This document shows positions 49,261 to 63,867 of a DNA stretch of 64,000 bases, piece by piece; the first letter of the stretch is position 1, and each line of letters begins with the position of its first letter. Source of the DNA: Schmidtea polychroa. Lineage: Eukaryota. Made by a program: the position numbers and the translations under genes. Location of the stretch: contig CM097885.1 of NCBI GenBank assembly GCA_044892525.1, forward strand, positions 181,226,001 through 181,290,000. The letters run 5' to 3'. The notes under the pieces are model-generated. The model did not search any database. It was not told where the DNA came from and worked only from the letters and a program-made list of their open reading frames with translations.

Positions 49261-50150
49261 ATATGTATGTAGGTATTTACTTTCTGAAACAAATATTTAC
49301 AATCTTCAGCAGTTTTTCCAACGAGAGGCGTACGCCTTCTAGAGTGGAAAAAATGTATATTTGTAAAAAAAGTGAAATTTTGAAAAAAATTTTAATTTAT
49401 AATTTAATAAAAATGGAATTTGTTATGTTAGGTAGATAATGTAATCTTTATAATGTTTATATATATTTGTGTGTGTTAATGAGAAATAATCTGTGGTGCC
49501 CAGCAGAGTCACCTCTAAAAATTGTGTCGGGACAGCTGTGGTAATTGTATGTGGTACAACAAATAATAACAATAATGATGATTAACACAGCTTTTATTTA
49601 ATTAAAAACAAATTGTTTACATACATATCTTCTTAATTCAAAATTCATAATATTTTGTAATTCACATTTTTATTTCCACAATATAATTTTCAACTTTTTA
49701 TTTTTTTTTAATTGATTTTTTATTTCGTTTAATTTGTAATTTTCTATAGTGATAATTCACTATAGTGAATTACACTATATAGTTCTTTTATTTTTTCTAT
49801 ATTTTGAACGTAATGATAACAAAAATAACAACACGCTACAAATTTTAGTTAAAATTTCATATAAAATGATAATAATAAAAATAACAATACACTACAGTAT
49901 TATTTAAAAATTTTAAAAAGTCTTTAGTTTCATTATGTATTTAAAGACCCGGAAAAAAATCCGGCGCGACAGACAACATGATAGGTTTTGTTTAAATTCA
50001 GCCAAGATAAGAAAATTAAAATATATAAAAAAATATTTTATATCATTAAAAAAAATATCATTTCATATCTGCAAATAGTCCAAAGTTTTTAAATTGACTA
50101 AAAACGAAAAAGAACTTGATAACAACTTTTAATCGAAGGTTAATAAAATT

Positions 50151-50888
50151 ATGAAATATTCAATTCTGTGCCTTGGAATCTTAATTATTGCAACAATGTG
50201 TCAAATTCACAGAGAAAATAAATATCGGTCTCGTTGCCAAAGATGTAATCACCATTATCAGAAGCGGAGGCATACGAAGAAGTCTAATCCAACTCATAAT
50301 TTTTCGCTCAAAGAATACGAAAAACTTGATCAATCCTTACATAATTCCCATCACCATGACAACAAGAAATTTATAGATCCATTGTCAGAAAAGATTTTCC
50401 GATCCCATTCACATCAGAATCATGAAAATCATAGAAAACCAGAAATAAATCCTGAAAACATAAATACAACGATAAAATTGCAGTTTCCTAATAAAACAAC
50501 GACAATAGTTGGAAATAATCAAAACAATTTTAAGCTTATCTCTTTTCCGGGAGAAAATAAGGAGGAAATGAAATATTCAAAGAAAGAAGATATTTCAAAA
50601 CTAAAAAATGAAATCATTTTCATCGAAAAGGAATTAACCGACATGAAAAGGGCCAAAACTAGCACGGTGCCCAGTCGTAGAAATTTCCTAGAAATCAATT
50701 ATTTCGATAATCTGAAAAGAATTTTAAATAAAATTTACCTGATGAATAAAAAATTAAATCGAAAGATACATTCCATTGACAAGGGTCTGTTCTTTCGAAT
50801 CGTTTTGGATAAATCACAACCTCTTCCAGCCGAAATCATAATCAGACTCTCTCCGCAACTCAAACATCGTAGATACAATCGTAATTAA
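50151..50888 (+). CDS. Orphan 245-aa putative secreted protein (single exon)
   Basis: Long ORF for such AT-rich DNA; signal-peptide-like N-terminus MKYSILCLGILIIATMC; His/Lys/Arg-rich; no family recognised. Confidence 0.55.
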   Translation: MKYSILCLGILIIATMCQIHRENKYRSRCQRCNHHYQKRRHTKKSNPTHNFSLKEYEKLDQSLHNSHHHDNKKFIDPLSEKIFRSHSHQNHENHRKPEINPENINTTIKLQFPNKTTTIVGNNQNNFKLISFPGENKEEMKYSKKEDISKLKNEIIFIEKELTDMKRAKTSTVPSRRNFLEINYFDNLKRILNKIYLMNKKLNRKIHSIDKGLFFRIVLDKSQPLPAEIIIRLSPQLKHRRYNRN

Positions 50889-53800
50889 TTAATTGTAATT
50901 ATTAATTAATAATATTGTTTTCGTGATAAACTGTTGCACACGGTTTCCATTTTCCGATGGAAATGACATTGATTGCAGAAAATGTTGTATAAACATCTAA
51001 ATCTGTCACTATTATCCGGTCAGATCTTCTAAAAAAATTAATATTTTCTTTATTTTTTAAATTAATTTTTTTGTTTTAATTGTTATTATAAGTAATTTTA
51101 GAACTTGAATTTATTAAAAAATTCAATTTTAATATTTTGAAAGCCTGATAAAAAGAAAATTTGAATCAAATGGATTGCAGCAAATATTANNNNNNNNNNN
51201 NNNNNNNNNNNNNNNNNNNNNNNNNNNNNNNNNNNNNNNNNNNNNNNNNNNNNNNNNNNNNNNNNNNNNNNNNNNNNNNNNNNNNNNNNNNNNNNNNNNN
51301 NNNNNNNNNNNNNNNNNNNNNNNNNNNNNNNNNNNNNNNNNNNNNNNNNNNNNNNNNNNNNNNNNNNNNNNNNNNNNNNNNNNNNNNNNNNNNNNNNNNN
51401 NNNNNNNNNNNNNNNNNNNNNNNNNNNNNNNNNNNNNNNNNNNNNNNNNNNNNNNNNNNNNNNNNNNNNNNNNNNNNNNNNNNNTTACCTTGCTGTTTTT
51501 TTTGTTTTAGATTTAGTTTGTTACGATTGAGATCTTTTCTTTTTTTATCTTTTTTTATCTTTTTTTATTGAAATGCACATGAATTATTATCACTCATGGT
51601 TTTTCGAAAATTGGTATCCATATACATTACCGTCTATTCACTTTTGATATTATTTTACACTTTAAAGCCTTTTCAAAATGTTTAGTTTTTGATTCTTCAA
51701 ATAAATTAATTTCCATTACGACTGTAGATAAAATCTTTCTTCAAGTTACTCAAATCTCAAGTTCTTCTTTTCAAGTATTAATAAAAAGAAGAGACAAAAC
51801 TTTAGAAATGGAATGAAAGTAGATGAAATTTTAAAAGAAAATTAAAAGATAAACAAAAAATAATGATTTTACAAATTATTTTTAAATAAGGATTGTGTAA
51901 GACACTTTTGACAAAATAATATGGATATATAAGACTTGAAGATTTACCTTCATAAACTAGTAAACTACATCGTCTTAACCAGGATGTTCTTGTACTTCAT
52001 AACTTTTAAACCTAAACTGAAAAATATAAAGTAAACCTTTTTACTCTCCAATCTGGCATAAATTTTATTGAATATAATCACTACATATTTTGCAAGTACA
52101 TTTGGCAGGTATAAATATATAAATGCATGGTTGCCACGGAAATTAGCTCCATTGTTTCTAAATTATATGTAGGTCATGACATAATATAAATTCATCGGTA
52201 TATTATGAAACATAAACAAACTTATATTATAGAATTAAATTCGAATTCTTTAACACATGAAAAGACTTTAATAGGAACATAACAAATAAAAATGTAGGTC
52301 AACTCATAATAATTAGAAAATATTTGAAAATTATGTAGGTCAATTCAAAATAATTTTTTTTCAGGAAAAAATTACTTGCCCAATTCAAAAATTTCCTAAA
52401 ACTGAAAAATCCCAAAAATAAATTTCCCAAATTTTCCAACTCGCAAAATTTATGAATTCTCCCAACCGGAAAATCTAAAAATCCTAAATGCTTAGATACA
52501 ATTTCTAAGCACTTTATTTTCATAACATTGAATCTTTCGACCCGCCAAAACCAAAATTCAAATTAGTATATACATCTACAACTTTTGAAAAATACTTTTT
52601 CGAGTAAAATTCATTTTTTGAAAATACAAATATCAAATTCAATCACCACCAACGCAAGCCACCGATCTATGGGGCTGGCGCGGTAATTTTTAAATTCAAT
52701 TTATTAATTTTAATATTCAAACTATCTCTCTAGGCGCAAATTTATCTTTCAATTTTTAATTAAAAAAATGAATTATATATTTTATTAAAAAATGACAAAA
52801 TTTTTTCAGACAATTAAGATTTTAATTTTCTTATTTCTTTTCAATGTTAGAGGGACTTCAATAATTCATGGAAATTTTTATTTATATTGTGATATTTATT
52901 TGTAATTTTTTATCGAAATGAATCCGTTCCATTTGATTAATTTTATGATAAAATTATATCAGCATATAATATTTATCAGATTTTTAAACCGGTTTGTTAA
53001 ATTAATATTTTACAATAACTTTTATTTTTAATCAATAACATGGCATTTTTATTTTCAATGTTATCTGAACATCAACTTTCCCAAATTTAATATTGCTTAA
53101 TTTATTCGATTGTTTTAAATAGTTATAAATGTAATACGTTTTGTAAAAATAATTAAATTTTAAATAAATAATATTAATCAATATTTTAATTTTAAAAAAT
53201 TGATTTAATTTTGATAAATTTTATTACTGCAATTAAAATATTTATATTCGAAATTAATTTATTTACTTTTAATAGATAATTATTTTTAAATTGATTAAAA
53301 TTCTGTTTTTATCACCTTGAGTAAAGTTGAACAACCTGACACGGCAAGTGTTCTGGGGGTTCTAATTAAATTAGAAAATGATTATTTTTTTTAAATGTTT
53401 AATTAATGCACCTCAAATGTCAAAAATATCGATTAATATTGATTTTTCACTTAGCACATGACAAAATCTCATGTTAGCCGGCAATTAAAACAAACACTGT
53501 CGAGATGAAACTATCATTAATTATGTTGTTATTATAATAAAAGCATTTATTGATACGATTTGGTCAGTGCATAGTACTCAAATAATGTCATTAAATCTCT
53601 AGCAAAACATTTGAGAGCCTAAAAGTCTAAACTTCGAGGAAGACATGTTTGTTTAAATGAAACCTGATCGCAGCTTGAAACGGAACAACAATGGTGACTG
53701 ATGATGATAGTGAGACCCAGTGTCAGAAACATGATACAGATTTTACCAACAGCGATACACATCTAGAGGACACCAACAAAGCAAACATTTACAAAAAAAA

Positions 53801-56800
53801 ATTTTTAATCTATTACCACAATGTTAACAACGAAAATAAATTAATTGAATATTAGAAGAAGAATCATTACTTATTTACGTTCTCTGAGAGAAGATACAAA
53901 CCGATTTTGTCAACAAATTTTTTGATATTCACAGCGGTTTTTCAATAATGGCATCGAAGGTCGCACTAAAATATTCAAGAAGCAAACAAAGTTGATTTGA
54001 TTTTTCTTTTATCGATATTTTTGTGAAATATATTGATTAATATTTTTTTCTCTGTCATGGAAAATTCAATAGTAGAAAACGATGATTTGTAAAAAGTTTT
54101 TTTTTCTCTTTTCAGTTTTCACTACACGAAAACCGTGAAATTTAGACCCTACAAATTTCTTCGTTTTTTTCTCGACATTTGATATGCTTAAAGTAGCTTT
54201 CTAATGAAATCAAGTATGCACTCTAGTTTTCTCTCTAATCTTCTTTTTCACCATAACTGTCGGTTTTTAATTGAATCGTAATGAACTTGATACACGATAA
54301 GGCATTCACTGGAGCGTGCGATCAAGAATCACAGATTTAGTGGAAAATTTATTCTCACCTTTCTGTGAGATTATTTTTATTATTTTTCGAGATGAAAATT
54401 TAAAAAGAAATTATTATTTTTTCATGAACAGTTTTTTAATTCTTATGAATTTATTCTTAATAATTTTACGGTTGAATAAATTTTAAAGGTTATTACAATG
54501 AAATTTCACTCCTTTTTGAATTTAATTGACGCTTAAATTTCTTTTCTAAGTGCCCTTTACAATACAAATCGAGCAAAGCGACTTGTGTTATAATTTCATT
54601 TATTATTATGATCCGACCGGAGGAAGTTAAATTTCTGCCAAAGAAAATCTATTCTCTTTTAGAAAGACTAGAAAACAATGTGGAGAAAGGAAAATAAACT
54701 GGAAACATATCGAAGTCAATAATAGATAATGTCTTTGCATTAGTTTTATTGCGATTCTTTTAGCAGATAGTTTGGAAGGAGGCTTACTTTGAATAAGGTT
54801 GATATAAGGTTTGTGTTACATTCAAGCATTAAAACAAATTATTTCTTTTGAAGAACTTGATCAAAATTGATGTATTTTTCACGTTAAAGACATTTAATTT
54901 TGAATTTAAGGAATTTGAAAACGCAACAATAATTATTTATATAAAGAAATATAGTTGTGAAAAATGTCTTCGATGGGAGATCATAATAACCACGTCGAAA
55001 TGTCACTAATTAACTATAAAATTAACAGACGTAACAGCTACGATTCTTGACGACGAACAACTATCATCATGTTTGATTCACATTCAACCATCTGCAGAAT
55101 TTCAAGCTCATTGGCGTCAGATTGCGGGCGCCTGGAATCAATTTATATTGGTAGTTATTCGGATGTGTATACAGATCCCGTTGGCACTATTTTATTACCC
55201 ATGGAGTAGATTTACCGTGATTTTACACCAGCATTGCAAATCAAAATTAAGATTTTTCTCTAAACAAATCATAAATGGAAAAAAATTAAAATTGTAAAAA
55301 ATAATAAACCGATTTTCAGACACGTTAACTATTCAATGATGAAATTTAATAATCCCTAATTCCCCCCCGACAAATCAAACGATAACCTTCTTATTCAATA
55401 AACGACATTTCCACCATAAAAGTGACAATATTTGTAAACATATAATTTAATGGGGGTAATCCACCATTTATATAAACAAAAAACGCTTTCAATTCATATC
55501 TCAGTAAAAATATTATATATTGTTTATAAATGCAATGTGAAATTATGATATATTTGCTTACTATTCAANNNNNNNNNNNNNNNNNNNNNNNNNNNNNNNN
55601 NNNNNNNNNNNNNNNNNNNNNNNNNNNNNNNNNNNNNNNNNNNNNNNNNNNNNNNNNNNNNNNNNNNNNNNNNNNNNNNNNNNNNNNNNNNNNNNNNNNN
55701 NNNNNNNNNNNNNNNNNNNNNNNNNNNNNNNNNNNNNNNNNNNNNNNNNNNNNNNNNNNNNNNNNNNNNNNNNNNNNNNNNNNNNNNNNNNNNNNNNNNN
55801 NNNNNNNNNNNNNNNNNNNNNNNNNNNNNNNNNNNNNNNNNNNNNNNNNNNNNNNNNNNNNNNNNNNNNNNNNNNNNNNTTGGAATTGTTATTTCACTTG
55901 ATAATCAAAGTGTATAATAAATACAAAATATAAATATCACCAATTAAAATATTATTCATTTACATTATTTCTACTCAAAATATTATTTCGTTATTTGAAA
56001 AATTATTTTAAAATTACAATTTTTATTTACTAAAGAAATGCTTTGACAACTATTTTGATTACATGAGGAAGTTGAATTGACAAAAATGTTTGGTCTTCTA
56101 ATTGAAATGAAGCATTAGCCTTGTCTGTGTAGGTCTAGACATCGAATATGTTTGTGTTTACTTGTCAATTAAAAGTTTGAAGATAATTTACCAATTATTA
56201 ACTGTTAAATATTCACAAACATTTGTTTGATCTATCATTGAATACAGTGTCACCCAGCAGTCGCGTTTTATCACCTCAACCATCATCACGTCATGCCCAT
56301 TCTAGCTGCAGATAGGGAGCTGTGAAACGGCAAGGCGAGTGTGGAGAGGATTCAGTGATTGTAATCGTATTTTTATTAAGTTTCATTATTGATAAAATGG
56401 AGTTGACACCGTATCTCTCATTCGGGTGCTTGCGTATGGAAGGGAGTTTATGTCAGTAACCGAGGCAGTTTTATCAGAAATATTAGATATATTGGTCAGA
56501 TTTATCACAGCAACTAATTTTGAGTGGTTAACGGCAACTGTTTCGATATGCTCAATGAAGCAATAAATTATCGATTTTATNNNNNNNNNNNNNNNNNNNN
56601 NNNNNNNNNNNNNNNNNNNNNNNNNNNNNNNNNNNNNNNNNNNNNNNNNNNNNNNNNNNNNNNNNNNNNNNNNNNNNNNNNNNNNNNNNNNNNNNNNNNN
56701 NNNNNNNNNNNNNNNNNNNNNNNNNNNNNNNNNNNNNNNNNNNNNNNNNNNNNNNNNNNNNNNNNNNNNNNNNNNNNNNNNNNNNNNNNNNNNNNNNNNN

Positions 56801-56984
56801 NNNNNNNNNNNNNNNNNNNNNNNNNNNNNNNNNNNNNNNNNNATAAATATTTAGAATACTATATATATATTTGACATATTTAAACAAAGTTGATAGTTTA
56901 CTATTTAATTTCAAATCAAAATGTTTTTGGGAGATCTTTGGAAAATCTATTTTATTTGCGGAAATTAATCAGGATGGAACTTGT

Positions 56985-57500
56985 TTACAGTGTGCAATTG
57001 GTTATATATTGGTTATAGATGTAACCAAATGTACAAAATTTTCTTGGACTTTTAGAATAATTTTCTGAATAATAAAAGAGATCTTTCAGACTAGAAATTC
57101 CATAACCAGTTTCGTTCGAAAGCAATTGAGCATTTCCTTCATTCGGTAAACTCGATGCAAATTTTACTGAAATTTGATTTATTTTATCAAAACTCATTTC
57201 TTCCGTATGTTTCATTGTTTGTTTTGCTTCAGCTACTGCAACTTTCTCAACACTTCCTGGATGATTATGACTTACTGCATCAGTTTGATTCTTCCCTTCC
57301 AAATCAAATTTGGCAAAATCTGGGCATTTCTGAGATCCAATTAGAAATTCTTTCATCGTTTCATTCATTAAATAAACCGATAATGCAAATATTTCAATTT
57401 CTAAAAGCTTTGCAAATTGGATAATTGAGTTATTCTAAATTCTTCATTCTATCCGTTTACCATAAACTTGGACCTTTTCATGAGAATTGTATACTAAATA
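56985..57500 (-). pseudogene. Possible Mutator/FLYWCH-type transposase N-terminal remnant
   Basis: C..F...SHNHP...AKQTMK...QI...SLP resembles the HxH / helix / LP region upstream of MULE domains; heavily disrupted. Confidence 0.3.
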
Positions 57501-59338
57501 AATGCTACTATCAGTAAAATCTTGTATTTTCCTCATCACAGATATTTTTTCTTCAATTTCCTTCATTTCCATTTCCTTTAATATATAAATTATATTTAAC
57601 ACAAATTTTGGCGCTGTCTTTTCAGTGTCGAAAATTCGTGTTATATAATAAAACAAAATATAAATTGATAGTCGACATGAAAAGAAATCAAGATAAAGAA
57701 TATAAATATGATGTGATCTAAGGTAAGCAGATTATTTTTTTTAATAGATTTATAAAATAAAGGTCTCATTTTTTAATTTTTCCAATAAAATATAAAATTA
57801 AAGTTTTTTAATCGATAATTGAAATTTTTTTTAATTCAATTGTCATTGATGTGATAACGTGTCATGGTCACTTTCAAATGGAAACTCGACTCATCTAGAT
57901 AATCCTGGGTTTAATGCACAAGTTTCCCCATTTGCACCTGGTCCCGGGGGCATTCGAATAATTACAATGATGGTAGCAAACTTTACCATAGTGATTGAAA
58001 CAATGATGAAATTAGTTTTTTTGTTTTTATCTGCCGCATTATAAATCACTATTTACTATCAGATAAAAATCATAAATTTGACATCAACTTTCAATTAAAG
58101 TACCTTAATCCCTAAATGCGTTTTACGCATGAAAATCATGATGCTTATTGTGGCAAATCTCTCCTATAAAACGAGATTATCAATGTCCCTATATCATTAG
58201 AATTGACAGTAAATAAAATGATTTGAGAATTATTCAATTATTTATTAAAATTAATGTTTTGTCACATAAATTTTATATTTAAGTTTTAGATAAATCATAA
58301 TGCATAGGAATTCAATAAACCTCGTAAATTTCTAAAAATTTATTGAATTTTGAAAAATTTTAATAAATTCTTTTTTTTTAAAAAAATTTCTCTTTTATCA
58401 GATTTATTATGAATAGATATATTAAAGAAAAAATAAATAAAATAAAATAATTACTAACAGAAAAACTGAGAAAATAATAAATGGAAAATAATAATTAATT
58501 AATTAAATGTGTTGTGGATACATAAAATGTTTGAAATAACAAATGAAAATTATAAATTACCAAAATCAATTAAAAATCAATTAAAAATTCGAAAAAAGTA
58601 AAAATCAATATTTTCAGAGGGGAGAAAAGTAAATGAAATTTTGAAGACGTATAAAATAATTTCCTAAAAAATATTCCTAGAAAGGTCAAGAATAAAAAAA
58701 TTGATTAATTGATTTTTAGGGCAATTCCAAAAATCTATCCGAACGTCAGCTAAATTAAATTGGGAAAAAAACAAAATTTAAATAAACATTTTACAAAGCG
58801 GGACATCAGCCTATTTGAATGATAAATTATTGAGGAAAGTTAAACTCAATATTGTATGGGCAGCAATTTGGACAGCCCCAGCTTAAATAGATAATTAATA
58901 GGAGATTCGTTTATATAGGAAAACGAATAAAGTTTAAAGGTCAATTGGTGGACTCAAGAAAAAGGGAAAAGTTGAATTGAATTAAAAAAACTAGAGACGA
59001 AGTGAAACCAATTCTTTCTCCAAACTAGATTGTGTGGTGATAGTAAAGAGGATAAATCCATTGGATGTCTACCCTATCAAAACCAATTGTGAAATTGCCA
59101 AGAGTATTCAGTTTTGTTTGAAATAAAGTTTTATTTGCTTAATTATTGAACACAAGGAGCCAGATTAAGAGCTGATTCCCATCGACAGATTAATAATATC
59201 CCAAAACATGTTAGCTTGTTTAAAACAGAAAATATTCTTTGGTGTAATGAAATTTGCAGTTTCTCTCTGTGGAATTTCTATGTAAAAATTACTAAGATAG
59301 AAATCAAGCATCCTTACTTAGATGTAAAGTTGAGATTG

Positions 59339-59341
<3 letters not shown>

Positions 59342-59407
<66 letters not shown>
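59342..59407 (+). repeat. (AT)n microsatellite
   Basis: Direct reading of the sequence. Confidence 0.98.
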
Positions 59408-59410
<3 letters not shown>

Positions 59411-61618
59411 TTTAATTCTAATTATTATTCATTCAATTTATTAAAAAAAATTTCCGCGCCTCTGCGTTTGGATGGATCACGAAGCTTGGTGCAGCCAGTA
59501 ATTTCTTTTGTATTCTTTTATTATATATAATTTATTAAATGACCGTTCAACACTAGCCTTTTTTACCGGAAGCGTAAACAATAACATAAAAGCGGCAAAT
59601 ATTTCGGAAAATTCATTTTCTAAACAATTGTATTTTGTAAGAAGTAACTCTAAAAATTTCTTTATCGAAATTTTTTAGTTGCCATTTTGGAAAAAAAGAA
59701 ACTAGATTTAAAAAACGTAAAAAATCCCGATAATAGAACTTCCGAATATTTTCGTCGAACATAGCTTTAATGATTTTAAAGAGTCCTGGGAGACCTACAT
59801 ATTCAGAATAATTTACCATCATTTACATTCATGCAAGACATTGATCAATTTGTGCACTTATCTTCGGGGCGTTCATAGAAATTTGAAAAATATTAATGGG
59901 TCCCCATTAAATAAATTATTTGAAATTTTATTGATTTTACCGGTAAAATATAATAAAGTTATGTAATAAAAATTCCAATAAAAATTATCTTGTAACTAAT
60001 TACACAACTTATATTTATTTTGCAAACAATTGTCAATTGCTGTGTAATATTTGACAATTTAGCCTTTTCAATATTTTCATTCATTATAAAATTTTCTGAA
60101 AAAGGCCAAGACCCACAGAATTTGACTTTCGTCCATTTTTGTCTATTTGGGATTTTTCGATTGTTAATTGAAATTTATTACATGAATTACTAGTCCAAAC
60201 ATAAATATAAAATAACCATTACGTGATACGAATAGTAATATCAAAACACTTACTGAGTTAGTTTACTGACTAGTTTGTCAGTAGCTTATTGAAATTCAAT
60301 GAGTCTTATTAAATTTCTTAATAAATCCTTGACCAATTTCTATGAAAGTTTAAATTTATAGCAAACAAAGCACGATTATTTATATTCTAAAAAATATCCA
60401 AAGATTTTCTATATATTTTTCTAAATTAACAAAAAATAAAAATTTTACATAAAAATTTTATTTTATTAATTTAAACGAAATTTAACCCATTATTAATTTG
60501 CTTTTCTTAATTTCATCGCCTCACACTTTTCGTATATATTTTATTTGCGAACTTCAACAGATTACCATCAACCAATACATCATTGCTCTTCGGAGTCATT
60601 TACACGCGATCATCCATTCCATCAAGATCATAAACCTGATATCATTTCCACCGAACACCTCCCAACGCCATTTGGAATAGTATTTATATCCTCACAAAAT
60701 TTCATGCTACGGTTATGTCGCAATTAATTTGACATCGCACGCAATTAGATGATCAGTTTTTGCGAGCTGGCTAAACTGTGCTAACAAAATGATAGTGTCA
60801 GATAAAAAACTCCCGCTTTAAATACCAAAATTCATTTTTACAAATTAAAAAATTATTATTTACATGAAAATAAAAAGCTTGTTTTCAGCACGACCCAGAG
60901 AAATAGGCGCTATTAATCAACGATTAAAACAAATAAAACAAATATAATGATGTTGCATGTGACTTCAATTAAAAAGAATCAAATTAATTTGTTTTAAATT
61001 AAATTTTTTATTTCGTAGTGCAACAGTATTGTCATGGTGAAATAATAATAAAAATAATAATAATAATAATAAATATTGTTAAAATACTTATTTCATTGTA
61101 GGAGTGTATAAAATCAATAAGAAGAGAAGCTAAAAAAGAAAAATGTAATCTAAAATATCAGCTTAATTTTGTATTTGAATGAGACCTATTTTAGGGAGAT
61201 AAACATTGTGAAAAAACCTATTTATTATATATTTATTTATAATAATAATATTTAATAAATATATAATAAATAGTTAAAGATNNNNNNNNNNNNNNNNNNN
61301 NNNNNNNNNNNNNNNNNNNNNNNNNNNNNNNNNNNNNNNNNNNNNNNNNNNNNNNNNNNNNNNNNNNNNNNNNNNNNNNNNNNNNNNNNNNNNNNNNNNN
61401 NNNNNNNNNNNNNNNNNNNNNNNNNNNNNNNNNNNNNNNNNTGCTGCGAATAATGTATTTAATGAAAATAGTTTCGACTATAAGATAGTCCTTGTCAATC
61501 TCCTGGAATTTAGCAATGTTCTTCCCAAAAATATTTTTCAATCTTTTTTTAATTTCATTTTTCTTAATTCTCATTGGTTGTAAATATAATATATACTTTT
61601 GTTTTATGAATTTTTTTA

Positions 61619-61751
61619 TAAAAAACTTTTAAAATTTTACTGAAAATTAAAGTTAAAAATAAAATAAAATAAATACCATTTAAAATTCCAAAATGACACA
61701 AGCTAAAAAATTTTAAATTTTTTTATACAGCTTCTATAATTAGCTTCTAGA
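61619..61751. repeat. Left arm of a long inverted repeat flanking the Penelope element
   Basis: Reverse complement of 63868-64000, roughly 95% identical by eye. Confidence 0.9.
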
Positions 61752-61949
61752 AGCCTAATAAAATATTTGAAAATATTCTAAATAAAGCCTCCAATAACTA
61801 CTTATATATACTATTTAAATATTTCAATAAATGTGTCAATTCTGATTTTTAAATCCTATTTTTTAAAATTTTCTATATTATTTTAATTATTACTTTTTAA
61901 TTTATTATATTTTTTTTAAATTTCTTTATATATTGTCAGTTATTCTCAA

Positions 61950-63835
61950 TGACAACAGATCAAATTCATGATTTCATTGATTTCTTTGATCGTTGATCTT
62001 TGGCTGTCTGTTTATGATGAGAATTGCTTCTTTGAATCTGACATTTTTGTTTTGGATGTTTCCATTAGCTATGATTTCTATTAAAATATTTTTTCTTTCC
62101 TCTGTTGGCTGACACTGCCGGAGATGTCTGCCCAACGAGGATGTTCCACCGGGATCTAGGTGTTCTTTAACTCTTTGGTGCAAGGTCCTGAGTGTACTTC
62201 CAATGTAAATTTCATTGCATACATTGCACGTGATGCAATAGACGATGTTTTTTCTAAAGCACATATCTTTCGGTGTCTGGCAGTTTTTCATTGTGCAATT
62301 GCTGCCAGAGCTTGCCAGAGCCCTTCTCAATGTCCAATATGTATGTGCTATCCGAATTGAAAGACCGGTACGTTTAAGTTCTTTCAGGATCTTGAAGTCG
62401 AGTGTGTCGCTGATGAATGGGATATTCAGATAGAAATATTTCTGATTCTTTTGTGTTAATTCTTGGGGTAGAATTCATTCTTTCAATGTCCTCACCTTGG
62501 TATCCGTTTCGGTGTAGGATTTTATTGAAATTTAATTGTTCTTTAAAGTTTTCGTTTTTTCCGTGCATCGATTGGCTATTCTACTTTCTCGTTTCTTATG
62601 ACATGTACTTTCTGTAAGTATGGAAGCGCTTACCTTTGGTTCATAAACATTTCTTTGCGAGCTGGTTTTCTGTAGAACCCGTATGTTGGAGTATTTGCTT
62701 CTATTTTAATTCTCAAATCCAATAAATTGAGGGATCCATCTTCTTCCGGATATTCGATTTCGAACTTAATATCTCGGTGAGCGGCATTGAATGTATGAAA
62801 TATTTCCTCCGCTTCTTTTCTGCTTTTGGTCGTGATGAAGATATCATCTACATATCTTGCATAGAAACCGATGGGTTGTATGGTCCTCAGTGTCTGTTGT
62901 TCGAGGTTATCCATAAAGATGATTGCTAGCAGTCCTGATATGCTAGAACCCATAGGCAGACCTTTAACCTGTTTATAGATATTTTGCTCAAAGGTAAAAT
63001 AGGTGTTCTCGAGGATAACAGTAAGTAGTTTGGTGATATTCTCGATATTCATTTCCTTTATTAACAAGTTGCTTTTTCTACGACATCAAGACTGAATGGG
63101 TATTTGAATTCCCTATGAAAAGTTATGTTATTATTTAATCTTGTCATGGGGCAGTCGCTGCTTTGAAGATGGTGTGGTATCGTGTCCAATAAAGGTTTCA
63201 AGATCTTTGCAAGGACCCAACTTGTTTTAGTTGTTGGCCCATTTTTGTTGGACACTATAGGTCTAATTTTGATAGCAGGACCCACTTTGAGTTTTAATTA
63301 GGTGGTAGGAGTTGGGAAGATCAGAATTTTTTGTGACGAACCTGCTGGTTATTCTGTTGTTGAGCTTCATTTCCAAAGCTATAGCTTTCCATACTTTGCT
63401 GATCTTCATTTCGATGGTGTTTGGTGACATGCGGCTGACTTTCTTGTACGTTTCGATGTTGCCGAGGTGTTCGTAACCAGCTTCACAGCAACGATTCTTC
63501 TCTATATTGCAAAATTCTCCCCCCCCCCCTTGTCACTTGGTAAGTAAACATATGGTTTCTTTTTAAGGGATTTTAATATTGCTTGTTCGTCTTTCGTTAG
63601 ATTTGAGAGATATGGTTTTCTTCTTTCCTTCTCAACTATTTCCATGATTTTGTGACAGACCTTTGAGAGTGTTGAATCTAATTCTGCATCAGGAATTGGT
63701 TGATAGAGTTTATCTGTGTTCATACTGGGAGCTTTCTTTCGCTATTTTCATTTTCATGAGGTATTGTATTGCTTCATTTGATCTGGTACGCAATGCAACA
63801 AAGAGCTGTTTTAAAATTGAGGATGGCTGTTTCTA
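61950..63835 (-). mobile_element. Penelope-like retroelement (RT and GIY-YIG), frameshifted
   Basis: NLTKDEQAILKSL..PSDKG, KIRPIVS, FSLDV, YFTF..YKQVKGLPMGSSISG, RYVDD, LNLLDL, YRKP; GIY-YIG NIVYCITCNVCNEIYIGSTLRTLHQRVKEH. Confidence 0.93.
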
Positions 63836-63867
63836 TTTATTCAATTCTATTTATTTCAATCTATTTC

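Noticed and set aside
57870-58000. Cys-rich peptide-like frame on the minus strand (HHCFNHYGKVCYHHCNNS...)
   Set aside because: No start codon or usable splice acceptor; an in-frame stop lies immediately upstream.
12635-61574. ORFs spanning N-runs (poly-X translations)
   Set aside because: Artefacts of assembly gaps.
61900-61975. Hammerhead ribozyme expected at the Penelope 3' end
   Set aside because: Only CTGACAA..GAAA on -, with no pairable stems I or III; none at the 35.3-kb copy either.
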